From assembly GCA_965219445.1 (NCBI GenBank), contig CBDCNQ010000002.1, positions 640,001 to 704,000 on the forward strand: 64,000 nt of DNA, in the 5' to 3' direction. The DNA is from Longimicrobiales bacterium. GTDB taxonomy: Bacteria; Gemmatimonadota; Gemmatimonadetes; Longimicrobiales; Gaopeijiaceae. Positions 20,033 to 29,419 of the stretch are shown here, in pieces. Below the pieces are notes generated by a model that saw nothing but the letters and a program-made list of their open reading frames with translations, was not told where the DNA came from and ran no database searches. Position 1 is the stretch's first letter, and the number at the start of each line of letters is the position of its first letter. The position numbers were made by a program, and so were the translations under genes.

Positions 20033-20136
20033 GGGATCAGCGCCAGGTCACATATTGCGGCTCGACCGTCCACCCGTCGGCGCCGGGCCCCCAATCACAC
20101 GACGGGTATCCACCGGTACGGAGAAGGAGGCGGAAC

Positions 20137-21516
20137 ATGCGTTCGCTGAAGATGGTGCCCCATTATCTGCTCCTAGTTGCAGCGTGCTCGCCTGGAGCTG
20201 CGAACCAGGCGCCTCAGGCGACAGCGGACGTCACGGTGTTCGAGGGAGCCCTCCTCATCACGGGCGAGGACGGACCACCGATCGAGAACTCGGCGTTCAT
20301 CGTCGAGAATGGCAGGCTCACCGCCGTCGGGAGAAGCGGTGAGGTGTCGGTCCCGGCAGGCGCCGCGCGCGTCGACCTGAGCGGCAAGACCGTCATGCCC
20401 GCTATGGTCGACCTCCACGGCCACATCGGGTACCGAAAATACTTGAACAACCGGGTCGAGAACTTCACGCGGGAGAACATCGAGGACCACCTGCAGCGTC
20501 TCGCGTATCACGGCGTGACCGCGTTCCTCAGCCTGGGCACCGACCGCCGGGAGAGCGGGTACCGCATTCGCGACGAGCTACGCGGCAATCCCCTCCCCGA
20601 CGGGGCGCGGTACTTCACGGGCGGTCAGGGGCTGGCGAGGCCGAATGCAGGGCCCGGCATTCCCATGCGATTCGCTGCGTACGCCATTTCGACGCCAGAG
20701 GACGCGAGGCTGGCTATCCGAGAGATGGCGCTCCGTCACGTCGACTACATCAAGATTTGGGTCGATGACCGAAGGGGGCGGGTGGCGAAGCTGACACCGC
20801 CGCAATACCGTGCCGCCATAGACGAGGCACACAAGCACGGCATCCGCGTGATGTCTCACACCTTCCTGCTCGAGGACGTGAAGGATCTCTTGCGGTCCGG
20901 ACTCGACGGCTTCGCTCACAATGTCTGGCGCGCGGAGGGGGTGGACGACGAGCTGATAGAGATCTTTAAGGAGCATCCCGACGCGTTCGTCCTCGACACC
21001 TTCTGGGGAAGCCGCAACCAAATCTTCGGCGGCAGGCCTGAGTGGATAGACGATCCCCTCCTGCACGAAACTTTCTCTCCTGAAGAGATCGCGCTCCTGG
21101 AGAGACCTGACACTCCCGCGGACGCGGCGGAAGTCTGGGCCGCGGGCGAGGTGCCACGCAGCGTAATGAAGCTCAAGGAGGCCGGCGTGCGCTTTGGGGT
21201 GGGGAGCGATATTGGGGGGATCAGCGGAGGGCAGTTCTTCGGCTGGAGCGCGCACATCTCCATGGCCAGCTGGGTCGAAGCAGGCTTGACCCCGGCCGAG
21301 GCGATCATCGTGGCTACGCGCAACTCGGCCGAAGCCCTGGGGGTGGATGACCTGGGCACGGTGGCCGAGGGAAAGAGCGCGGACTTCATCGTCCTCGACG
21401 CCAACCCCCTCGAGGACATTGCGAATACGAGGAAGATCGACAGGGTCTACATGAGGGGCCGGGAGATCGATCGGGCGGCGTTACGGGCCAAGTTCCAACG
21501 GGGATGGTCGGACTGA
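20137..21516 (+). CDS. Metal-dependent amidohydrolase family lipoprotein
   Basis: Lipobox VAAC; PAMVDLHGH, IKIW, SH/AH, GSD, GKSADFIVLDANPLEDI. Confidence 0.88.
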   Translation: MRSLKMVPHYLLLVAACSPGAANQAPQATADVTVFEGALLITGEDGPPIENSAFIVENGRLTAVGRSGEVSVPAGAARVDLSGKTVMPAMVDLHGHIGYRKYLNNRVENFTRENIEDHLQRLAYHGVTAFLSLGTDRRESGYRIRDELRGNPLPDGARYFTGGQGLARPNAGPGIPMRFAAYAISTPEDARLAIREMALRHVDYIKIWVDDRRGRVAKLTPPQYRAAIDEAHKHGIRVMSHTFLLEDVKDLLRSGLDGFAHNVWRAEGVDDELIEIFKEHPDAFVLDTFWGSRNQIFGGRPEWIDDPLLHETFSPEEIALLERPDTPADAAEVWAAGEVPRSVMKLKEAGVRFGVGSDIGGISGGQFFGWSAHISMASWVEAGLTPAEAIIVATRNSAEALGVDDLGTVAEGKSADFIVLDANPLEDIANTRKIDRVYMRGREIDRAALRAKFQRGWSD

Positions 21517-21683
21517 TCCTTTCGTAGGATCGATCCTCGACGGACCTTCGGGCAGCTTAGCTGCTCATCGGGGTGCCTAGCGGATGCCATGCCCCTATGA
21601 TGCCTATCCCTGTCGTGGATCTCGCTGGAATCGAGGTTGAAATGAGCAATCGTATGGCGGTGGTTGGTCGAGGCCATGAAGTG

Positions 21684-23297
21684 ATGTCGCCTTACTCCGC
21701 TCTACTAAGAACAGCGCTAGCCGTCCTCTCGGCTGTGTCATGGGCGGTCGTAATTCCCCTAGGCGCGCAGGCTCAGGATGCCCAGGTAACAGGGTGGATT
21801 CCGTTCACGCTCGAGGACGCTACGGTCGAATCGATCAACGCCGCGTTCGATGCGGGCGCGCTTACCTCCGAGAAGCTCGTCGCGCTATATCTCGCACGTA
21901 TCGGCGCATACGAGAACCGGGGTCCAACAATCAACGCCTTCATAAACATTCATCCCGATCCTCTATCGGTGGCGCGCGCGTTGGACCTGGAGCGGCAAAC
22001 GCTGGGCGCCCGCAGTCCCCTGCACGGCATACCGGTCGTCCTCAAAGACAATTTCAACACCTCGGATCTTCCCACGACTGGCGCGTCGCTCGCCTTGAAG
22101 GATTTGTTTCCGGCGCGGGAGGCCTTCGTAGTGGAACGCCTTCGTGCGGCTGGCGCCATCATACTTGGCAAGACCAATTTGACCGAGATGGTCTCCTCCG
22201 TGCTGGATTCCTCGCTCGGCGGGCGTACCTCCAACCCGTGGGATTTGACGCGCACGCCTGGAGAGTCCAGCAGCGGCACGGGTGCGGCGCTCGCTGCCGA
22301 TTTCACATTGCTGGGGACGGGCAGCGACAATGGTCAATCAGTGCGATCACCGGCTTCCGCTGGGGGCGTGGTTGGCATGAAGCCGACGATTGGCTTGGTC
22401 AGCTGCGCCGGCGTGCTGCCCAGTTCGCTCTCCCACAACGCGTGCGGACCAATGGCGCGGTCGGTTGCCGATCTGGCCTACCTGCTCGACGTGATGGCGG
22501 GCTTTGACCCGCGCGATTTCAGGACGCGCCTGTCGCTCGGACAGATTCCCGAGACCTACACGAGCTTTCTCGATTCGAATGGGTTACGGGGAGCGCGCTT
22601 CGGCATCGTGGTCGAACTGCTCGGCGACCGACCGGAAAATGCGGAGGTCAATCGCGTCTTCAACGCGGCGACTGTTCGCTTGGAGAGTCTCGGTGCAACG
22701 GTCTTTCCAATCCGGATCCCCGACATGAACGACTACAGGGGCATCGGGACCGACACGTATGAAACTTGGGATCTGTTGAATGCGTGGTTCGCCGAGCTCG
22801 GCCCGACCTCGCCGTTTCACGACATGGAGGACTTTTTGGAGCGGGGCACGTATGACCCGGGAATTGTGCCGCGGCTTCGACAGCGACAGGCTCACGCGGG
22901 GCCGGAGCATTTCGAGGAGTATCAACGGCGGCTGCTCAAGATGCATGAGTTTCGGAAGTTGTTGGTGGGTGTGATGGATCAGTACTCCCTGGATGCTCTC
23001 GTCTATCCCTTGCAACAGATCTTGGTCGCGCCGCATGGCGAGAGTAATGCCGGACGCAACGGCTTTCTCGCATCAATGGGAATGTTGCCTGCCATCGATG
23101 TGCCCGCTGGGTATTCAGCGCCGCTTCCGAACGCACCCGACGGGATTCCGATTGGCATGGATTTCCTGGGAAGGCCCTTCGACGAGGGGCGCCTCATCAG
23201 GCTGGCCTTCGCGTGGGAGATGAACGGTTTAGAGCGGCGTTGGCCGTCCAATACGCCGCCACTCCCCGGGGAAACGATCGATGTGGCGCCGGATTGA
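21684..23297 (+). CDS. Secreted amidase-signature family enzyme (start approximate)
   Basis: PLHGIPVVLKDNF, GKTNLTE, PGESSSG, GSDNGQSVRSPA (Lys-Ser-Ser triad kept). Confidence 0.88.
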   Translation: MSPYSALLRTALAVLSAVSWAVVIPLGAQAQDAQVTGWIPFTLEDATVESINAAFDAGALTSEKLVALYLARIGAYENRGPTINAFINIHPDPLSVARALDLERQTLGARSPLHGIPVVLKDNFNTSDLPTTGASLALKDLFPAREAFVVERLRAAGAIILGKTNLTEMVSSVLDSSLGGRTSNPWDLTRTPGESSSGTGAALAADFTLLGTGSDNGQSVRSPASAGGVVGMKPTIGLVSCAGVLPSSLSHNACGPMARSVADLAYLLDVMAGFDPRDFRTRLSLGQIPETYTSFLDSNGLRGARFGIVVELLGDRPENAEVNRVFNAATVRLESLGATVFPIRIPDMNDYRGIGTDTYETWDLLNAWFAELGPTSPFHDMEDFLERGTYDPGIVPRLRQRQAHAGPEHFEEYQRRLLKMHEFRKLLVGVMDQYSLDALVYPLQQILVAPHGESNAGRNGFLASMGMLPAIDVPAGYSAPLPNAPDGIPIGMDFLGRPFDEGRLIRLAFAWEMNGLERRWPSNTPPLPGETIDVAPD

Positions 23298-23340
23298 TGA
23301 GGCTGGAGATTCCCATTCCTCGCGCGATGGAGGCTGTACC

Positions 23341-24414
23341 ATGTCATATGCAATTCGAGCCGGATTCGCGCTGACGGTCATCATGGTCATCACGGCGGTC
23401 GCGGTCCCTGCCGCCGCCCAATCCAACCCCTATCACCGAGTCGAGGCGCCGGTGCCCCCGGCACACATGAATGGCGGAGAATGGGGGGAGTTGATCGGCG
23501 TCGATGTCGATCCCCAGGGCAATGTCTGGGTGCTGCATCGATGTTTCAAGGCCGTGCTTGGACATCCTCGGGTGATTCCCGGGCACTCCGACGGCCAGAG
23601 CGCCAACTGCTTAGGACCGTGGGCCGCTCACCCGCCGATCATGAAGTTTTCTCCTTCGGGGGAGTTCCTGACGAGCTTTGGAGAAGGGGTGTTCGGTAGG
23701 CCTCACGGCCTCGCAGTAGACCACGAAGGAAACGTATGGGCAGTGGACGACAATTCGTACACGTCGGAGCCCGGAGTGGGCCATGTGATCTACAAATATA
23801 GTCCAAACGGTGAGCTGCTACTGACCCTTGGCAAGGTGGGTATTGCGGGGGATGGTGTCGACACCTTCGATCGTCCGACCGATGTTGCTGTCGCTCCGAG
23901 TGGAGAGATATTCGTGACCGACGGCCACGGCCAGAACAATCGCGTGGTGAGGTTTTCGAGCAAAGGTGATTTTCTCGGGTCATGGGGAGGCACGGGATCG
24001 GGGCCTGGCAACTTCAACCAGCCCCACACGATCGCCATCGATTCTCAGGGGCGGGTGTTCGTCGGTGACCGCGGAAATAATCGAGTCCAGATCTTCGACG
24101 GGGATGGGAATTTCATCGACGAGTGGAGGCAGTTTGGCCGCCCGAGCGGGATCTCCATCAATAGGGCGACCGACATGCTTTACGTAACCGACTCAACTTC
24201 GAACTCCAGAAGTGCCCCAAGTGTGAGGAGGGGCATTTATGTCGGGAGCGCCAGAACCGGCGAGGTCATGTATTTCATTCCAGACCCCGACCTGGAGCAG
24301 GCGGATTGGACCCGGATCTCAGGAGCGTCGGGTATTGCGTCAGACGCCACGGATACCGTCGTGTACGCGGCGGACGTGGCTCCCCACACACTGCGAAAGT
24401 ATGTGAGGCCGTGA
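23341..24414 (+). CDS. Secreted NHL-repeat PAL-like protein (variant active site)
   Basis: RPHGL, TDGHG.NNRV, QPHTI, GDRGNNRVQ. Confidence 0.85.
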   Translation: MSYAIRAGFALTVIMVITAVAVPAAAQSNPYHRVEAPVPPAHMNGGEWGELIGVDVDPQGNVWVLHRCFKAVLGHPRVIPGHSDGQSANCLGPWAAHPPIMKFSPSGEFLTSFGEGVFGRPHGLAVDHEGNVWAVDDNSYTSEPGVGHVIYKYSPNGELLLTLGKVGIAGDGVDTFDRPTDVAVAPSGEIFVTDGHGQNNRVVRFSSKGDFLGSWGGTGSGPGNFNQPHTIAIDSQGRVFVGDRGNNRVQIFDGDGNFIDEWRQFGRPSGISINRATDMLYVTDSTSNSRSAPSVRRGIYVGSARTGEVMYFIPDPDLEQADWTRISGASGIASDATDTVVYAADVAPHTLRKYVRP

Positions 24415-24445
24415 ACGGCCCCAGCAGAAAGAAAGGGAGCGCTCC

Positions 24446-25513
24446 ATGTCGACTGTAACTCGAGCTAGCTTCGCGATCGCGGTCATCATGACCGTACCGG
24501 CGGTCGTAGTCCCTGCCGCCGCCCAATTCAACCCCTATCACCGAGTCGAGGCACCGGAGCCTCCGCCCCACATGAATGCCGGCGAATGGGGGGAGTTGAT
24601 CGGGGTCGATCTGGATCCCCAAGGCAACGTCTGGGTGCTGCATCGATGCTTTAAGGCGGTGCTTGGAGATCCTCGGGTGACTCCGGGCCACTCCGACGGC
24701 ATAAACGCCAATTGTGTGGGGCCGTGGGCCTCTCACCCACCGATCATGAAATTTGCTCCGTCAGGGGAGTTCCTGACCAGCTTCGGTGAGGGATTGCTCG
24801 GCCGGCCTCACGGCTTCGCTGTGGACCACGAAGGGAACGTCTGGGTCACCGATGTCATGGTTGTTCCTAACCAAATGGGCGCCGTCGTCATCAAGATCAG
24901 TCCGGACGGTGAAGTCCTGATGACGCTGGGCACCCCCGGTGTCACGGGGCAAGGTACCGACACGTTCAATAGGCCAAGCGATGTCGCCGTGGCCCCAAAC
25001 GGCGAGATCTTCGTCACGGATGGGGAAGGGCCCAACAACCGTGTGGTAAAGTTCTCGAGAGAAGGTCGCTTCATAATGGAGTGGGGAGCGACGGGATCGG
25101 AGCCTGGCAACTTCGACACGCCCCATACCATTGCCATCGATTCTCAGGGGAGAGTGTTCGTCGGCGACCGTGGTAACAATCGAGTCCAGATATTCGACGG
25201 AGACGGAAATTTCGTCGACGAGTGGAAGCAGTTTGGCCGTCCGAGCGGGATCTCCATCAATAGGGCGACCGACATGCTCTACGTAACCGACTCACATTCG
25301 AACTCCAGAGTTAACCCAGGTGTGAGGAGGGGCATCTCCATCGGGAGCGCGAGAACAGGGGAGGTCATGTATTTCGTTCCGGACCCCGACCTCGAGCATG
25401 CCGAATCGACCCGAATCTCCGGAGCATCAGGCGTCGCGTCAGACCCCGCAGACAGGGTCGTGTATGCGGCGGACGTGGCTCCGCACCAGTTGCGAAAATA
25501 TGTCCGGCCTTAG
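24446..25513 (+). CDS. Secreted NHL-repeat PAL-like protein, tandem paralog of 23341..24414
   Basis: RPHGF, TDGEGPNNRV, TPHTI, GDRGNNRVQ; long stretches identical to the upstream gene. Confidence 0.85.
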   Translation: MSTVTRASFAIAVIMTVPAVVVPAAAQFNPYHRVEAPEPPPHMNAGEWGELIGVDLDPQGNVWVLHRCFKAVLGDPRVTPGHSDGINANCVGPWASHPPIMKFAPSGEFLTSFGEGLLGRPHGFAVDHEGNVWVTDVMVVPNQMGAVVIKISPDGEVLMTLGTPGVTGQGTDTFNRPSDVAVAPNGEIFVTDGEGPNNRVVKFSREGRFIMEWGATGSEPGNFDTPHTIAIDSQGRVFVGDRGNNRVQIFDGDGNFVDEWKQFGRPSGISINRATDMLYVTDSHSNSRVNPGVRRGISIGSARTGEVMYFVPDPDLEHAESTRISGASGVASDPADRVVYAADVAPHQLRKYVRP

Positions 25514-25520
25514 CGCCCCT

Positions 25521-25577
25521 TTGAACTTCCTCGTCCAGAACTTCTTAGAGGAGCTGAGGCAGGTGGTGCCGGATTGA
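25521..25577 (+). pseudogene. 3'-terminal relic of a Ser/Thr kinase-TolB family gene
   Basis: Translates LNFLVQNFLEELRQVVPD*, compare FFVVTNFFEELRQRMGN* ending at 53648. Confidence 0.6.
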
Positions 25578-25757
25578 GGACACATTCGAGTGAGGGCTCT
25601 GACGATTATTGAACCCGGTCTACAAGACGAGAACGGGATATGGATTGACAAGCAGCATCCTGCGAACTTACCGTGATCCCGTGAAGCGAGGCGCAGCGCG
25701 TATCGCCTAGCCCGTTCCAAGAGCCCACGATCACTGGCCAAGGGGGGAAGAAGAGTC

Positions 25758-27182
25758 ATGAACCGGAACATGCGGATTCGACGGCCGCTCGTCGACAACG
25801 TGGCGGTCAAGCTTCTGTTCGTGCTGGTCGGAGCTGGTCTTTTGACGCTCCATCCCGCGGCGCTTTCCGCGCAGCAGGCGCAAGACCAGGTGACCTACGC
25901 CAGGGACGTTGCTCCGATTATCCAGCAGAACTGCGTGACGTGTCACCGGCCAGGCTCCATCGGTGCTATGTCTCTCGAGACGTACGAGCAGGTCCGGAGT
26001 TGGGCGCCTCGCATCAAGGAACGCACCACGAAGCGCGAGATGCCCCCTTGGCCGATCGACATGACGGTCGGGGTCCAGGAGTTCAAGAACGATCGGTCTT
26101 TGAGTGAAGCGGAGATCGAGACCATCGCACGCTGGGTGGATGCGGGAGCGCCCATGGGAGATCCCGCGGAACTGCCACCTCTCATCGAGTGGCCGGATCA
26201 CTCGAACTCCTGGCGGTTCGCCGAGCATTTCAACCGGCCGCCGGATCTCGTGGTCCCCTCGCCACCCTACACGGTGCCGGCCGACGGGGCGGATCACTGG
26301 CCGAACCTGGTAACGCCGATACCGCTGACGGAGCAGCGGTGGATCGCAGCCGCCGAGTTCAAGCCGGAGAAGGTGGAGATCGAGGAGGTCTTCCATCACG
26401 CCAACCCCTCGGTGGGCAACCCGAACGTGCCGGGAGGGATGAACGGTTCGATAAGGCAGGTGCGGGGGATGGAAGGAATCATCTTCGCGGAAAACACCGG
26501 TGTGCCGATCGCTCCCGGAGATGTCGTCCGATGGGGAATGCACCTCTTCCCGATCGAGAGGACGGTAGAAGATGCTGTGCTCGAGCTCGGGCTCTGGCTC
26601 TACCCGCCGGGTCAACCTCCGGAGAAGGCGGTACCCAACGCTCAGGGACTTTCTTGTAGCCAGTGGGCCGGACATGGCTTCGACGCGGGCCGGTCAGGCG
26701 ACCTTGTCGGCGTGAGCGCCGACCCGCAGATTGGGCGGCAGGGCGACATACTCATTCCGCCGAACAGCCTGGCGACCTACCGCGGAGTCTACGTGCTGGA
26801 TCGGCCAGCCCGGCTTCAGAGCCTCCGGGCCCACATGCACCTGCGAGGCGTGTATCAGATCCTGGAGGCGATCTACCCGGATGGCCGGTGGGAAGTGATC
26901 AACAAGATGCACAACCATCACCGCTGGCAGACGGAGTTCCTCTACGAGGAAGATGCGATGCCGCTGTTTCCCAAGGGCACGGCCCTCATCTCGACCTGTG
27001 TCTACGACAACACGGAGGCCAACCCGTTGAATCCGGATCCTACCGTGTGGGTCACGAGAGGCTCGCGGACGGTCGATGAGATGGGCCATTTCCGGGCCCA
27101 GATGGTCTTCTATGACAGCGAAGAAGAGTTCCAGAAGGTGGTGGACGAAAGGCAGCGGCGGATCACCCAGGACCAGGAGTAG
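25758..27182 (+). CDS. Cytochrome c + PHM-like copper monooxygenase, divergent copy D
   Basis: Signal peptide; CVTCH...MPPW; FHHA, MHLF, AHMHLRG, DEMGH. Confidence 0.85.
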   Translation: MNRNMRIRRPLVDNVAVKLLFVLVGAGLLTLHPAALSAQQAQDQVTYARDVAPIIQQNCVTCHRPGSIGAMSLETYEQVRSWAPRIKERTTKREMPPWPIDMTVGVQEFKNDRSLSEAEIETIARWVDAGAPMGDPAELPPLIEWPDHSNSWRFAEHFNRPPDLVVPSPPYTVPADGADHWPNLVTPIPLTEQRWIAAAEFKPEKVEIEEVFHHANPSVGNPNVPGGMNGSIRQVRGMEGIIFAENTGVPIAPGDVVRWGMHLFPIERTVEDAVLELGLWLYPPGQPPEKAVPNAQGLSCSQWAGHGFDAGRSGDLVGVSADPQIGRQGDILIPPNSLATYRGVYVLDRPARLQSLRAHMHLRGVYQILEAIYPDGRWEVINKMHNHHRWQTEFLYEEDAMPLFPKGTALISTCVYDNTEANPLNPDPTVWVTRGSRTVDEMGHFRAQMVFYDSEEEFQKVVDERQRRITQDQE

Positions 27183-27322
27183 GAAGATCGGCGGATAGCG
27201 GATAGGTTGCTTTCGACCCCGACAAGGGGCTCCACATCGATCACGGCGAGACTCGGCCATCTGGACCCTCCAGATGGCCGAATCTCGTCCGAGGACAACC
27301 ATTGAAGAGCGAGGCCGAGGAC

Positions 27323-28189
27323 ATGTCCAAAGTTGCACTTTTGGTTGGCGGCTTCTTCTTGCTGCTCGCTGGATCCGTGCCCCTAGAGGCGCAGAATCCC
27401 CTCGCGGGTGCCGCCAGGACGGAGATGCTGCGGAACCTTCGCCCATCGGGTCAGCCGGTGGTTCCCATCTTCGAGGGTTGGTATTCCGAGCCAGACGGTT
27501 CTCACGGTCTCTGCTTCGGATACCACAACTTGAACCTTCAGGAAACGTTGGACATTCCTCTGGGACCGGACAACTTCATCGAGCCGGCCCGCTTCGACGG
27601 GGTCCAACCCACGCACTTCGATCCGGTGCCGATGAGCGGGGACCTGCGGTATTACTGCGTGTTCGCAGTGAACGTGCCGGCAGACTTTGGAAACCAGGAT
27701 GTCGTCTGGACCCTCAGGATCGATGACCAGGATTACTCGGTGCCCGGCCACACCACCGCTTTCGATTACCGAATTCAGGAGCCGGATCACCCTTCACTCA
27801 ACTCGGTAGCGCCGCTGGTTCGGTTCCTCGAGCCGGAGGGGCCGGAAGGGAGGGGGCGGGGCGGCGTCTGGGCCGGGCCCATGAGGACGGAGGTCGAGAA
27901 CCCTCTGTCGTTGAGGATCGAGGTGGCGGAACCCGAGACCACGAGCCAATATTCCGCCTTTGAGATGGTCACCGCTCGCTGGGCAATGCATCAGGGACCG
28001 GGAGAGGTGGTCTTTCAGCACATGGACGATGCAGCGTCCATGCCGCGAGGAACCGGGTTGACTACGACGGCGACGTTCAGCGAGCCTGGGAACTACATTC
28101 TGCGCGTGCAGGCCTTCGAAGGTAGGCGGGCTTGGCAGAACCATTGCTGCTGGACGAATGCCTACGTGGAGGTCACGGTCACCCCCTGA
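27323..28189 (+). CDS. Secreted HCCWT partner protein, divergent copy 3
   Basis: GQPVVPIFEGW, IPLGPDNFIEP, QPTHF, TATFSEPGNYILR, HCCWT. Confidence 0.75.
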   Translation: MSKVALLVGGFFLLLAGSVPLEAQNPLAGAARTEMLRNLRPSGQPVVPIFEGWYSEPDGSHGLCFGYHNLNLQETLDIPLGPDNFIEPARFDGVQPTHFDPVPMSGDLRYYCVFAVNVPADFGNQDVVWTLRIDDQDYSVPGHTTAFDYRIQEPDHPSLNSVAPLVRFLEPEGPEGRGRGGVWAGPMRTEVENPLSLRIEVAEPETTSQYSAFEMVTARWAMHQGPGEVVFQHMDDAASMPRGTGLTTTATFSEPGNYILRVQAFEGRRAWQNHCCWTNAYVEVTVTP

Positions 28190-28377
28190 CCAAGGGCCTA
28201 ACGCCGACCCCCCTCGGTGACGATCCTGCGCTAATGGGGCGCTTCCTGGTCCGCCGCTCGGTATGAGCCCGAGTGGGAGCATGATTCCGGCTTTGGCTCT
28301 GTCGGCGAGCTCCTCCGGGTCTCCGGATAGGTAGGGAACACGAGACGGAGTGAAGGCGTTCTATGTTCCTGACTCCT

Positions 28378-28429
28378 GCCTTTCTTCGGAGGTGCCCAAT
28401 GAAGCCTTTCTTCGGAGGTGCCCCATGAA
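28378..28429 (+). repeat. 26-bp tandem duplication of RBS plus start codon
   Basis: gcctttcttcggaggtgccc(a/c)atgaa twice. Confidence 0.85.
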
Positions 28430-29342
28430 GCGTACCATTTTTCTCGCCTTTCTCTCCGTATTGTTCGTTGCTGGGTGCTCAACAGGAGACTCACCGGGGA
28501 GACAAGGGTCGCTTGTTATGTGCGGCGACCCTTCACCGATGAGCCGGATCGAAACGCCTGAGCTTCCGACTCCCATGCCGCCGACAGAGCTGTCCGAAAC
28601 AGACCGCGTCGGCTACCCCGAGGGGTACCGGGAGACCTTCGAGCAGTTCTACGTGTTCGATCGTATGGACGTTGGAAGGGTTGCCTTCGTCTGCGCAAAC
28701 GATGTTGCGGCCGGTATCGGGCCGGGAGAGCCCTTTCCGTACGGAAGCATCTTGGTCATCGAGGGCTGGCGACCCGTGAGGGACGAAGACGGCAACCTGG
28801 TCTCGGACTCGAGTGGTCATCTCATACGCTCGGAACTTACTGGTGTCTCACTGATGAGGAAGGAGCCGGGCTTCGGGGAAAGCTACGGAGACAAGCGTTC
28901 GGGGGAGTGGGAGTATGTCGGCTACCGGCCCGACGGAACCTATTCCACACCTCCAGAAGAGACCGCACGCTGTGCTTCCTGCCACGGGGCTGGTGCAAGG
29001 CAGGACAGGGACTTCGTATTTCGCACGAACGTCCACTTTCTGCCCGACCGGTATGCTCACTCGGATCCAGTGCCTGAGGCCGCAATCGGTATTTCCCGGA
29101 TGAGCTTCCAACCTCGCACTTATCAGGTACGGCCTGGCACCACGGTGCTTTGGCAGAACAGCATGATCGACGAGACCGCGCACGCGATAAGCGCTGGCGA
29201 CGGATCCTTCAATTCAGGGCTGCTGTCGCCCGGACAGACGTTCAGTCGCACTTTTGAAACGCCGGGTCGATACGAGTACATCTGCCCGCTTCATCCCGAA
29301 CAGATGCGTGGAACTATCGAAGTGACGAATGAAGCTGGTTGA
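28425..29342 (+). CDS. Lipoprotein: cytochrome P460/c'-beta fold domain fused to a plastocyanin-like cupredoxin
   Basis: Lipobox VAGC; YPEGYR, FPYGSILV.E, MRKE, GEWEY, CASCH, DFVF; then H...YICPLHPEQM type 1 Cu site. Confidence 0.8.
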   Translation: MKRTIFLAFLSVLFVAGCSTGDSPGRQGSLVMCGDPSPMSRIETPELPTPMPPTELSETDRVGYPEGYRETFEQFYVFDRMDVGRVAFVCANDVAAGIGPGEPFPYGSILVIEGWRPVRDEDGNLVSDSSGHLIRSELTGVSLMRKEPGFGESYGDKRSGEWEYVGYRPDGTYSTPPEETARCASCHGAGARQDRDFVFRTNVHFLPDRYAHSDPVPEAAIGISRMSFQPRTYQVRPGTTVLWQNSMIDETAHAISAGDGSFNSGLLSPGQTFSRTFETPGRYEYICPLHPEQMRGTIEVTNEAG

Positions 29343-29419
29343 CCGCGGCCCTGCGTGTATATGCGAAACGGTGTGTGAAGTTCTCCCCAAACGAAGTATT
29401 ACTGCCGAGGGGGCTCAAG

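Noticed and set aside
11853..28189. RiPP cluster with a Gly-extended precursor peptide for amidation
   Set aside because: No convincing short precursor ORF, leader peptidase or exporter found; a catabolic role fits the neighbours better
28425..29040. Hydroxylamine-oxidising cytochrome P460
   Set aside because: The cross-linking Lys appears replaced by Ile
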